Of a DNA stretch of 61,662 nt, positions 51,598 through 61,136 are shown one piece after another (position 1 is the stretch's first letter; each line of letters begins with the position of its first letter). This DNA is from a virus. Lineage: Duplodnaviria > Caudoviricetes. The position numbers were made by a program, and so were the translations under genes. The notes below the pieces were generated by a model. That model was not told the origin of the DNA, searched no databases, and was given only the letters and a program-made list of their open reading frames with translations. The stretch is from positions 1 to 61,662 of the IMG/VR virus record IMGVR_UViG_3300035665_000034, one strand, 5' to 3'.

Positions 51598-54500
51598 TCA
51601 AAGCTCCTCGCGCAGCTTCACGCCGCGAATTTTGCAGTAGGGGACAGGGATCTCGGCGTCGCCCGACGACAGGTTCAGCGTCGCGCTTTTGAACGCGACG
51701 TGCTCGACCGAACCCGCGTCGACGACACGGGCGAGGAAGACTTCTTCGACGTCGCTGGCGACAGGCTCGACCGTCTCGGACGCTTCGGCGTAGGCGCGAT
51801 CTCCAGCCCACACGAACGCGACCTCGGACCCGTCGACTTCAAGACGCCGAACAGCGTCGAGCCAGTGCGCCCACGACGCCGCGTTCGAGTAGCCCTTCTC
51901 GGGCGACAGGTAGTTCTCGACGACCTCGGCAGGCGGGTCGAGCACGCCGAGGTCGAGAGACACTTCACGACGCGTCGCGTGAAGGCGTCGACGCTTCGTC
52001 GCGCCGGTCGAGTAGTCGCTGATCTCGAAGCCGCTCGCCCGCGCACTCGTGAAGCCCCACTCGATCTGCGACTCGCCGAGGTCGATTGCTTGCCCGACGA
52101 TCACGCGCCCGAGACGGTAGAAGTTCTCGTCGGCGTCGCGCATCGTGACCTGACGGATCAAGATCCGCATGTAGCGGTAGCCGTGGACGTTGGCGAGTTC
52201 GTGAAACGACGTCGGGCCGCTCGGGTATTGAGTCGTGCCGAAGTTGTGCTCGAACAAAACGGCGAAGCGGTCAGAGTAGATCGCGAAGTCGAACGGGAAG
52301 ACGTAGGGCGAAGACGGCGTGCCGCCCCCTGTCGCTACGTCGGCCATGCTCGGAGGCGTCTCGAAGATCAACGTCGACTCGTCGTTGTCCTTCACGCGGT
52401 AGACGAACGAGTCGCCGTCGGTCTGCGTAAATACGACGTAGTGGCGCGGGCCTGAAGGTCGGCTCGCGAATTGGTGCGGGCGCCACGGCCCGCGCCCCAT
52501 CGACGCGGGGCCGAATACGGTCAAGCGCGTGCCGTCGATCCAGTAGCTCCACTCGGAGTGACTGACGTCCATCGCCCAGAGGTGCGTGAAGCGATCTTCG
52601 GCCATCGGCGAACCGAAGTAGCCGAGCACATAGGTCGGCACGTCGCCCGGCGTCCAGACCGTCGGACTATCGCTGAACGAGACGGTCGCCCCGGGGAAGT
52701 TGCGCCCGAAGAACGCGATGGCGTCGGGGCGAAACACGCGACCTTGATCGAACTCGTCGGAGTCGAAGATCAACTCGACGCTCACGCCTGCCGAGTCGCT
52801 GCGCCACTCGCGCGCGATGGGCAGGAGCGCGACGTTCTCGGCCTCGAAGTCGTGGCGAACCTCGAAGTCGTAGAGACCGCGCGTCGTCGCTTCGCCGCGC
52901 CACTGGACGAAGACGTCGCGCGACAGGAATTGAGCGGGCTGCGCGAGCAGGTACGGGGCGCGCGGGAAGTTGTCGACGCCGTTGTCGATCTCCGATTCGC
53001 CGCGACCCTGCGTCGCCCAGTCCGTCGAGGTGTCCTCGTCGGGATCGTCGAGCCCGAGTTGAGTGAAGCCGCACTCGATCATCTCGCCGAGCGCGGAGTT
53101 CTGCGTGCGACGGTGAAGATGAACACCCTTCCAGCGCGAAGTCCGCGTCGAAGAAGTCGTCGCCGTGAAGTGCCCGAACGAGACGAACTCAACGGACAGG
53201 CTCGAAGGCGAAGCGCCCGAGACCGTGCCGAGCGAAGTGTAAGGGGCGTCCCAATCGGGATCGTCGTCGCGAACGTACTCCCGCGCGAAGCCCTCGCCGC
53301 TCCACGAGGTCGCCACGCCGTCGGTCGGGAAGGCGAGCAGGACTTCGATCCAACTCGTCGACGTGAACACGACTGCCGCGCCGGCCGCCGCGCCCGAGAC
53401 CGCGTTGAACATGCGCACGTTGACCGAGCCGCCGACCTTCTCGAAGCGAACCGTGATCTCGCCTGCTGCCGAGCCCGTTCGGTTCAGCGCGAACTTGATC
53501 GCGATGTCGTCGGCGAGAAGCGAGCCGCCCGCCGTGACCTGAACGACGACGCGCAGCGCGCCCCAAAACCCGGTTTCGGAGTCGGGCAACGTCTCGTCGG
53601 TGTAATACTTCGACGCGGTGCCAGTGAGTTCGAGATACCCACCTTCATCGCCGCCCGCCGTGATCGACGCAGCGCCCGCGCCTGCGACCGTGAAGCCCCA
53701 CGCGTCGGGCAGCCCGTAGGCGTCCCACGTCCGGTTGTAGACGCGCCCGGCGACGAGCGCGCCGAGACTCGAACTTCGCACGTCGAGCAGCGCATCGCGG
53801 ATCGGCTGCCAGTGGTTGACGCGGTAGACGACGAGCGCGCTTGAGACCTTCGAGCCGGGGCGCTCGGTGTCGGTCGCGAGGTCTTTGTGCGCGACGACGG
53901 CGAGCACGACCTGTCCGCGATGCGTGATCGAATCGACGCCGACGAACCCGTGATAGATGGTCGGCGGCGACTCGCTCGGGACCGCTGCGACCTCGTAGGT
54001 TCCCGACGGCACGCCTTCGTGCGTGTGGAACGCGTAGCTCGTCGCGGTCGTCGTGCCGCCCGGAAACAGGTCAGCGAGTGCGTCGCCGGGGCGCGGGTCG
54101 CGCGTCTTGAAGCGGCGCCCCCAAAGCCAGTCCTTGAACGTCGGCGACGCCTCAATCGTCGCGTGGACGGTCCCGTACAAGTGCGGGAAGCCGTCGGGCG
54201 AAATGCAGATCGAAACGTCGACCGTCGCGTATGCGGGAACGAGCCCGAGCGACGTGAAGTCCTCGCCGTTCGCCGTCATGTAGAGGTTCACGTTCTGCGC
54301 CGGGATCGTGTCGTTGACGCCGTTCCGTTTCGCGACGACGAACAGGGCCGTCCCGTTGCGTGCGAGCGCGCTTGAAACCCCGTGCCCGCAGAACTGATTC
54401 GCCGCCGCGTGCGACAGGATCTCCGTCGCCGTGAACGACGCGCCTCGGTCGTCGCTGACGAGCGAGTAAGTGAACTTCGACGTCGCCATCACGACGACGA

Positions 54501-55263
54501 GTCGGCCGCTCGGGAGCACTTCGGCAGCGAGACCTTCCACGAACGACGTGTCCGAGCCGACGTTGACGTCGGGCACCGCGCCGTCGAGGAACAGGCGCCG
54601 CCGCTCGTCCCACGTCGAGCCGTAGTTCGGCGACGAGAGCACGGTCAGGCGTCGGTCGCCCGTCCCGACGTGCCACCCGATCACGACGACGACTTCGCCC
54701 GTGTCGGGATACGAGACCGCATCCCACGCGTTGACGCGCGCCTCCTGAAAAATCGAGGTTGCAGCGCTCCACTCGTCGTTCGTTTTGTCGAGCTTGCGCC
54801 ACGACAAAACGTAATCGTTGGTCGGCGCTTCGTAGTCGCGATCAATGGGCCAGACGCCGCCCGTCGCGCGAATCATCCCGAGGTCGCCCGACTTGAGCGA
54901 GACGAGCTTCGGTCGCAAGTAACGCGTGTCGTTCGTGTTCGCGTCGTAGTCGAGAACATCGGGGCGGCGCCCGACGATGTGCGGCGACTGTCGGACCTGC
55001 CGGTCGGTGTCTTCGTTGTCCTGCGCGCGCATCCAGCCGTATCGTCCGCGCTCGATCACGCCGACCTTGTTCACCGATAGAGCGCCGTCGAACTCGACCT
55101 CGGGCACGCCTGCGAGGGCGGGGCGCACGTCGCCGCGAACGGGCGAAATCTGGTCGAGCGTGGGCTGCGCGATCTTGCGCCCGGCCTCCTGCGCCTCGCC
55201 CGTCGTAAGCGTTCGGGCCGCGTAGATGGTCGCCCCTTCGAGCACTTCGTCGGGCACGATCAT
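51598..55263 (-). CDS. large tail protein with Asp-box (BNR) repeats
   Basis: SPNYGSTW, SDDRGASF, TANGEDF; ~1220 aa. Confidence 0.65.
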   Translation of the reverse strand: MIVPDEVLEGATIYAARTLTTGEAQEAGRKIAQPTLDQISPVRGDVRPALAGVPEVEFDGALSVNKVGVIERGRYGWMRAQDNEDTDRQVRQSPHIVGRRPDVLDYDANTNDTRYLRPKLVSLKSGDLGMIRATGGVWPIDRDYEAPTNDYVLSWRKLDKTNDEWSAATSIFQEARVNAWDAVSYPDTGEVVVVIGWHVGTGDRRLTVLSSPNYGSTWDERRRLFLDGAVPDVNVGSDTSFVEGLAAEVLPSGRLVVVMATSKFTYSLVSDDRGASFTATEILSHAAANQFCGHGVSSALARNGTALFVVAKRNGVNDTIPAQNVNLYMTANGEDFTSLGLVPAYATVDVSICISPDGFPHLYGTVHATIEASPTFKDWLWGRRFKTRDPRPGDALADLFPGGTTTATSYAFHTHEGVPSGTYEVAAVPSESPPTIYHGFVGVDSITHRGQVVLAVVAHKDLATDTERPGSKVSSALVVYRVNHWQPIRDALLDVRSSSLGALVAGRVYNRTWDAYGLPDAWGFTVAGAGAASITAGGDEGGYLELTGTASKYYTDETLPDSETGFWGALRVVVQVTAGGSLLADDIAIKFALNRTGSAAGEITVRFEKVGGSVNVRMFNAVSGAAAGAAVVFTSTSWIEVLLAFPTDGVATSWSGEGFAREYVRDDDPDWDAPYTSLGTVSGASPSSLSVEFVSFGHFTATTSSTRTSRWKGVHLHRRTQNSALGEMIECGFTQLGLDDPDEDTSTDWATQGRGESEIDNGVDNFPRAPYLLAQPAQFLSRDVFVQWRGEATTRGLYDFEVRHDFEAENVALLPIAREWRSDSAGVSVELIFDSDEFDQGRVFRPDAIAFFGRNFPGATVSFSDSPTVWTPGDVPTYVLGYFGSPMAEDRFTHLWAMDVSHSEWSYWIDGTRLTVFGPASMGRGPWRPHQFASRPSGPRHYVVFTQTDGDSFVYRVKDNDESTLIFETPPSMADVATGGGTPSSPYVFPFDFAIYSDRFAVLFEHNFGTTQYPSGPTSFHELANVHGYRYMRILIRQVTMRDADENFYRLGRVIVGQAIDLGESQIEWGFTSARASGFEISDYSTGATKRRRLHATRREVSLDLGVLDPPAEVVENYLSPEKGYSNAASWAHWLDAVRRLEVDGSEVAFVWAGDRAYAEASETVEPVASDVEEVFLARVVDAGSVEHVAFKSATLNLSSGDAEIPVPYCKIRGVKLREEL

Positions 55264-55369
55264 GTAGCGCCGGGCGCGTGTTCGACAGGTCGCCATGCGG
55301 CGAGTATCGGGTCGGGGCTCCATGTGCGCAAGGCGGCGCGTGTGTGTACCCTCGCGGTCGGAGGTCCGC

Positions 55370-58300
55370 ATGGCCGACGAAAAAGTTTCGCTCTCTCTCT
55401 CCGCGCGCGTTCAGTCCTTCGTCGATGGGATGCAGCGCGCCGCCATCGCCGCCGAGTCGTTGCGCGCGAAGGTCGCCGAGATTCAAGTCGCCATCGACGC
55501 GTCTCTGAAGCGCCTGAACGAGTCGACGCTTGCGACGCAACGCAAGGTCTCGGCGAACTTCAGGAACATCGGCTTCTCGGCCGAGCGCGCAGCCGCCAGC
55601 ATCGAGGAGAGCGCGAAGCGCGCGACGAAGGCGCGCGAGAGCTTCGACGTTACGCCTCGGCGCGTTCAGCGCATCGGCGGAGCACGGTCTGTCGGGCCGT
55701 CAGCGCCGAGCGGGCCGTCGGGAGGTTCGATCAACATCCCGACCTCGAACGTGCTCGAAGCTGGCAAGACCATCGAGCAGGGGTTGAACGGCGTTCGTCA
55801 GCGCGTGACCGACTTCGTATTCGGCACGAACGCGATCCTCGCGACGCTCGGCGCGGGCGCGCTCGCGAAGTCTGCCGTCTCGTTCGCGACCGACTACGAG
55901 TCAGCGCTGGCGCAACTCAACATCGTCTCGGCCGACTCGGGCGCGTCGATCCAGTCGCTTCAGGCGAAGATCGAATCGCTCGCGTCGAAGTCGTCGGTCG
56001 GGATTCTCGACCTGACCGGGGCGTTGACGACCGCCATCGGCACGCTGCCCAAGGGCGCAGATCAAGCGCGGCTCGCGTTCGAGGCGACCGAGGCAGCGTC
56101 GCAGGCCGCCGTCGCGTCGGGCTCGACGACCGAGCAGGCGTTGAAGGGCGTGATCGCGGTCCTGAACACCTACGGGAAGACCGGGATCACGGCAGGCGAG
56201 ATCACCGACAAGCTGTTCGCGACGTTCGACCAAGGCGGCGCGACCGTGCCGCAGTTGAGCCAAGCCCTCGGCGACGTCGTTTCGATCTCGTCGCAGTTCG
56301 GAATCAGCATCGACGAAATCCTCGGGTCGGTCGCCGTGCTGACGCGTTCGGGCCAGACGGCCGAGACCGCGATCACGAACATCCGACAGGCCATCTTGAC
56401 CACGGCGCGAACGCAGGCGACGCCGGAAGGGAAGAAGCTCGCCAAAGACCTCGGGATTCAGTTCGACGACGTGGCGCTGAAGTCGAAGGGTCTCATCGGC
56501 GTTCTCGAAGAAATCGAGGCGAAGGGCGGCGCGGGCGTCCTCAAGGAATTGTTCTCGGACATTCAGGGCTTTGCCGCTGCCGCTGCGCTGACGACGGCCG
56601 GGCTCGGGCAGGTTCGCGAAGACATTCGGCTCATCGGCGAAGCGAACGGGAAGACCGAAGAAGCGCTCGCGAAGACGACGACCACGTTCGCGTCATTCGC
56701 GGGCGTCGTGAAGAACCGCCTGTCGCTCGTGCTGAACGACGTCGGTCGCGAAATCTTCCCGCTTCTCACCGAGCAGTTCGGCAAGTTCGCCACGTTCGTC
56801 GAGGCGAACAAAGAACAGATCGTCAGCTTCGTTCGCGACCTGACGGCCGCAATCGGAACGCTCGCGAACTTCCTCGCGGAGAACGGGCGCGAGTTGATCG
56901 CGTTCTTCGTCACGTTCAAGGCGGCGTCGTTCATCGCCGAGGCCGGTGTCGCCGTCTCAGGCTTCACGGCCTCGCTGAAGGCGCTCGGGTCGACTGCCGC
57001 GACCGCAGGCGCGACGGCCTCGGCGGGCTTCGCGGGGGCGTTCGGCGGCGGGCTGAAGGGCCTCGGCGGGATCGTGTCGTCGCTTCTTCGCTCGCCGACT
57101 GCCGTCGGTTTGATCATCGGCGCTGGCGTGTTTCTCGGAACGCAGTTGGGCGAGGCCATCGGCGAGAGCTTGACGTCGGGCATCCGCGCAGCGGGCGAGG
57201 AAGCGAAGTCGGAGACCGAGCGCCTCGCGATTGCGACGCGCGCTCGCCTGAAGCAGCTCGGCGCAGACTCGATTGCCGACCTCGAAGAAATCAAGGACCG
57301 CGTTCGCAAGGGGCAAGCGGTCGACCTCGGCGGGCAGGGTGCGCCGAAGGACGTCGTTACGCTCGCCGACGCGTTCCGCGAGGGCGGCGTGCGTCAGGGC
57401 GCGACGGTCCTGAACACGGGCCTCGTGAACCTCGCGAACGCGCAGACCGCTGCCGAGAAGCGCCGCGCGACCGCGCTCACGGACTCGGCACGCGCGCAAA
57501 CAGAACTCGACGAAGCGAAGCGCCGCCAACTGTCCGACAAAGAGGTCGCCCGCTATCAGCGCGCGGCAGATGCGGCGCGCGACGCTGCGACGTTCGAGTC
57601 GCTTGAGGTCGTGAAGATCCAGCAAGGGCGCGTCGCGCTCATTCAAGAGTTCGGCAAGGCGTCCGAAGAACTGCGGAAGCAGGAGGCGCAACGAAAGAAG
57701 GCCGACGAGATCGCGAACTCGAAGGGCAAGGGCAGCAGCAGGTCGAGGAGCGCCTCGGAGAAGTCGCCCGAGATCATCTCGCTCGAACAGGAGAACGCGG
57801 CGATCCGCGCGCTGCAAGCCGTCGAGCTTGAAGAACTCGAAGCGATTCAGGCGCAGCGCGTGAAGTTCGCAGACGCGGCGCGCGACGCGATTCTCGGTGC
57901 CGAGCAGAGCGCGTTCGTCGCGCGCTCGAACGCCTACGACGAGGAGACGGCGCGGCTCGTCGAACTGCTCGCGGAGAACAACGCGTCGAGTTCGACGATC
58001 CTCGCTTTGCAGATCGAGCGCTTCGAGAAGCGCGCGGGCCTCGTCGAGCAGGAGATCGGACTCATCCGCAAGCGCGCGGACGTCGAGATCGAACAAGCGA
58101 AGCGCGCCGAGGCCGAACAGCTTGCGGCGTTCGAGGGCCGCTTCATCGAACAGGAGTTGATCGAGAAGGCCGCCGCTGCGCGGCTCGCGCAGATCAAGAT
58201 CGAGGCTGACGCCGATGTCGCGAAGGTCACGCGAAAGAACGCGGAGGAGAGCGCGGCACTCGAACGCGCGCTCTCGAAGGCGACGAACTCCGACAGGCTC

Positions 58301-59434
58301 AAGTTTCTGCGCGACTTGAAAAGCAGCCCGCTCGACCTCATCGCCGACTTGGACATCCCGGGCGTTTCCGAGATCGCGAAGCTGGTTCAGATCGTCGCGG
58401 AGCTACCTGCGATCCTGAACTCGCTCGCGGACTTCCTCACGAACGGGATCGCCGATTTCGTCGACTCGCTCGCGCTCGCTGCCGAGCGCTTCGTCGTCGC
58501 GTTGATCGACGGACTGCCCGACCAGATCGAGCGCCTGTTGAGCGAGACGATCCCGCGCGTGATCGAACGTCTCGTCTCGAATCTCCCGACGATTGTCGCC
58601 GGGCTGACGGCGCTTCTGCCGCGCATCGTGTTCGCGCTCGTGAAGTCGATCCCGTTCATCGTCGCCGGGTTCGTGCGCGGGCTCATCGGCGCTGGCGGGC
58701 AGATCGTCGAAGCGCTCACGACGAAGGCCGTTCAGAACTTCCTCGGTCTCGTCGGCCGCGCGTTCGCCGGCATCTTCTCCGCGATCAAGAACTTCGCGAG
58801 TTTCTTGATCGACAAGATCAAAGAACTCCTCGGCGCAGTCAGCGACGGGATCTCGTCGCTCTTTGCGGGCGGCGACGACGTGGGCGGCGTGATCGGACGC
58901 ACGCTCGGCTTGAGTCTCGTCGGCGACATCGTGACGGGCGACTTCGGCGACATCGGCGCCGAGGACATCCCGATCATCGGCGGCTTCTTCCATCGCGGCG
59001 GCATGATTCGACAGGCGGGCGCGAACGCGAATGCGGCTCTCGCTCTCGCGGGCGCGGGCGCGCAGGCGTTCGCGTCGGGCGGCATGGTCAAGGGCGGCGC
59101 TCGGGCGCGTATCGCTCGGGCGTTGGGCGGCGACGACGTGCCCGCGATTCTTCAGGCGGGCGAAGCGGTGCTCTCGCGTGCGGGCGTTCGCGCTGTCGGC
59201 GGCGAGGCGAACGTCGCCGCGCTGAACCGGGGGCAGTCGTCGTCGGCGGCTGCGGGCGTCGGGTCGTTGTCAGTGTCGCTCGCGGCGTCGGGCTTCGCTC
59301 GGACGATGCTCTCAGCGTTGATCGGGTCGGTCGCAGTCGACATCGGATCGCCCTCGGGCGTGACACGTCGAGCAGTGCAAAGGGCGAGCGCGCGGCCTCC
59401 GATTTCGACGCGCTTCGTTCGTCGGGGCGGTTGA
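55370..59434 (+). CDS. tape measure protein
   Basis: GGAGG RBS; TP901-like core (ITDKLFATFDQGGAT..QL...LG.V), Ala-rich helices, FHRGG/FASGG/DVPAILQAGEAV C-terminus. Confidence 0.9.
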   Translation: MADEKVSLSLSARVQSFVDGMQRAAIAAESLRAKVAEIQVAIDASLKRLNESTLATQRKVSANFRNIGFSAERAAASIEESAKRATKARESFDVTPRRVQRIGGARSVGPSAPSGPSGGSINIPTSNVLEAGKTIEQGLNGVRQRVTDFVFGTNAILATLGAGALAKSAVSFATDYESALAQLNIVSADSGASIQSLQAKIESLASKSSVGILDLTGALTTAIGTLPKGADQARLAFEATEAASQAAVASGSTTEQALKGVIAVLNTYGKTGITAGEITDKLFATFDQGGATVPQLSQALGDVVSISSQFGISIDEILGSVAVLTRSGQTAETAITNIRQAILTTARTQATPEGKKLAKDLGIQFDDVALKSKGLIGVLEEIEAKGGAGVLKELFSDIQGFAAAAALTTAGLGQVREDIRLIGEANGKTEEALAKTTTTFASFAGVVKNRLSLVLNDVGREIFPLLTEQFGKFATFVEANKEQIVSFVRDLTAAIGTLANFLAENGRELIAFFVTFKAASFIAEAGVAVSGFTASLKALGSTAATAGATASAGFAGAFGGGLKGLGGIVSSLLRSPTAVGLIIGAGVFLGTQLGEAIGESLTSGIRAAGEEAKSETERLAIATRARLKQLGADSIADLEEIKDRVRKGQAVDLGGQGAPKDVVTLADAFREGGVRQGATVLNTGLVNLANAQTAAEKRRATALTDSARAQTELDEAKRRQLSDKEVARYQRAADAARDAATFESLEVVKIQQGRVALIQEFGKASEELRKQEAQRKKADEIANSKGKGSSRSRSASEKSPEIISLEQENAAIRALQAVELEELEAIQAQRVKFADAARDAILGAEQSAFVARSNAYDEETARLVELLAENNASSSTILALQIERFEKRAGLVEQEIGLIRKRADVEIEQAKRAEAEQLAAFEGRFIEQELIEKAAAARLAQIKIEADADVAKVTRKNAEESAALERALSKATNSDRLKFLRDLKSSPLDLIADLDIPGVSEIAKLVQIVAELPAILNSLADFLTNGIADFVDSLALAAERFVVALIDGLPDQIERLLSETIPRVIERLVSNLPTIVAGLTALLPRIVFALVKSIPFIVAGFVRGLIGAGGQIVEALTTKAVQNFLGLVGRAFAGIFSAIKNFASFLIDKIKELLGAVSDGISSLFAGGDDVGGVIGRTLGLSLVGDIVTGDFGDIGAEDIPIIGGFFHRGGMIRQAGANANAALALAGAGAQAFASGGMVKGGARARIARALGGDDVPAILQAGEAVLSRAGVRAVGGEANVAALNRGQSSSAAAGVGSLSVSLAASGFARTMLSALIGSVAVDIGSPSGVTRRAVQRASARPPISTRFVRRGG

Positions 59435-59460
59435 CGCGCTCACCTTTGAGGCGCCATCTT
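59431..59460 (+). promoter_or_regulatory. TTGACG-N18-CATCTT promoter with the -10 box in a hairpin loop
   Basis: GAGGCGC-CATCTT-GCGCCTC dyad. Confidence 0.45.
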
Positions 59461-59476
59461 GCGCCTCGGAGGTTCC

Positions 59477-60016
59477 ATGAACACAAGCGCTCTCACGATC
59501 ATGTCCGAGCAAGTCGTCGTCGGCGAAGCTCGACTCACGCTGAAGACCTCGACGCTCGCGCAACAGGCGCGGCTCGGCGAGGCGCTGAAGGCGGTCCAGA
59601 TCGACCGCGTGGTCTCCGCGCTTCGGCCGTTTCTCGTCGGCATCGAGCCCGGCGAGTTCTGGAACCACCTGTCGAGCAACGCGGAGAGTCTGTACGCGCT
59701 CGCCATCGACGTGCTCACGACGAACGGCGCGGCCGGTCTCGCGAAGGCGTGCGGCGCGCTGCTCGACAATCGGGAGAACTTCGTCGCGCTGAAGAACGCC
59801 GCGCTCGTGTCGGAGACCGACGCGGAGTTCGCCGGGTCGCGGTTCATTCGCTGCCCTGCGGTCTCGGCGTTCGTCGAGGCCGAGGTCACGTTCGAGCAGG
59901 CGGTCGAGATCGTGCGGGCTGCGTTCCGCCTGAACCGCTACGGCGAAATGGGAAAAGCCCTGTTCGCGGGACTGAACCCCGCGAAGGCGAACGAGACGGC
60001 GCCGCTGCCGAACTGA
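59477..60016 (+). CDS. tail assembly chaperone (G-like)
   Basis: GGAGG RBS; in-frame slippery heptamer near 3' end. Confidence 0.75.
   Translation: MNTSALTIMSEQVVVGEARLTLKTSTLAQQARLGEALKAVQIDRVVSALRPFLVGIEPGEFWNHLSSNAESLYALAIDVLTTNGAAGLAKACGALLDNRENFVALKNAALVSETDAEFAGSRFIRCPAVSAFVEAEVTFEQAVEIVRAAFRLNRYGEMGKALFAGLNPAKANETAPLPN
59950..59956 (+). other. programmed -1 frameshift site G GGA AAA
   Basis: X XXY YYZ heptamer in frame; -1 frame open to 60471. Confidence 0.8.
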
Positions 60017-60471
60017 CGCCCGAGCCCGATTGGCTCCCCGACGTCGAAGTGCTCGCGGCCTTGTGCGCGCAGCGGTGCGGCATGCTGGTCTACGACTACG
60101 CGCACACCGTCACCGAGGCGCAGTTCGCGCTCGACGTTCGGGCGTGGGCGTCTTCGTGGACGGTGCCTGCGCTCGCGCTTCTGTCGGGAGGCAAGGGCTC
60201 GGGCTCGAAGGGCTCGGGCTCGACGCGTTCGTCGTCGGGGCCTGCGATCACGGATCGGATTCCCGATCACTACTCGTGGGTTCGAGAGTCGCGCGCCGAC
60301 GCCATGCGGTTCGTCGACCTCGACCGACTCGACAAGCCCGAGACTGTCGCGCAGATCGCTTCACTCGTCGGCGCTTCGACGAAGCCCGTGAAGCGCGAAG
60401 CGGTCGAGCGCTTTCGCGAGCGCGTGCTGTCCCGCGCTCGCAAGGTCGACGCGACGAAGGCCCGGCCTTAG
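59956..60471 (+). CDS. tail assembly chaperone GT extension (via -1 frameshift)
   Basis: Open -1 frame without its own RBS/ATG near the junction. Confidence 0.7.
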   Translation, partial: SPVRGTEPREGERDGAAAELTPEPDWLPDVEVLAALCAQRCGMLVYDYAHTVTEAQFALDVRAWASSWTVPALALLSGGKGSGSKGSGSTRSSSGPAITDRIPDHYSWVRESRADAMRFVDLDRLDKPETVAQIASLVGASTKPVKREAVERFRERVLSRARKVDATKARP

Positions 60472-61031
60472 CTCGGGTTGCTCGCCCAAATCCAGCCGAG
60501 CGGGCTGGAGGCCGAGCCGCCGAAGTCGCCGTTCTCGTCGTTCAGCGCGTTGATCTCGATGGGCGTGCCGATCATGTCGTTCGCCGCGCTCCCGATCTCC
60601 ATAGCGCCCGAGGCCCGCGCGCGGTGAATCTGGAACGTGATCATGTTGCCGTCGCAGTTGACACGCTCGCCCCGGAACGTGACGTCGATGTCGCCGAACG
60701 CGCAGCCCGCGCCGGGATAGACGTACTGCGACGCGTCGTCGATACGCGCGTCGCCGACGAGGAAGTGGAGCAGGCCGAAGGTGAGTTCGTGCGCGGTGCC
60801 GGTGAACTGCATCTCGACTGACACGGGCGCGGAGACTTCGAGCTTCTGCGGGAAGGTCGTGCCGAAGAAGCGAAGCTCCTCGCGGGTCGTGCGCAGAACG
60901 CCGCCCTTGACCGCGCCGAGATAGACCTCGGTCGGCGAGGTCGTCGGGTCGGTGATCGCGTAGAGCCGAGGCCATTCGCCCGCGAACAGATCCTCTTTCG
61001 AGGCGACGGAGCGCGTTCCAGAAAGTCCCAT
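60468..61031 (-). CDS. major tail tube protein
   Basis: YLGAVKGGV.....E..., ITFQIHRA; AGGAG RBS. Confidence 0.7.
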   Translation of the reverse strand: MGLSGTRSVASKEDLFAGEWPRLYAITDPTTSPTEVYLGAVKGGVLRTTREELRFFGTTFPQKLEVSAPVSVEMQFTGTAHELTFGLLHFLVGDARIDDASQYVYPGAGCAFGDIDVTFRGERVNCDGNMITFQIHRARASGAMEIGSAANDMIGTPIEINALNDENGDFGGSASSPLGWIWASNPS

Positions 61032-61136
61032 GGGTTTCTCCTGTCGTTCGGGGAACGAAGTTCGACCCGAGACTATCAGCGCGCCCGTCGGCGTCGCGCT
61101 TCACGCGCCCGCCGTTCGTCGCTACGGCGCCGACCG

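Noticed and set aside
137-55225. Many long + strand and alternative-frame ORFs (e.g. 4380-6161, 25687-27624, 34476-36167, 44449-46458)
   Set aside because: These are Arg-rich shadow frames of real genes, expected at this GC and codon bias; they have no motifs or RBS.
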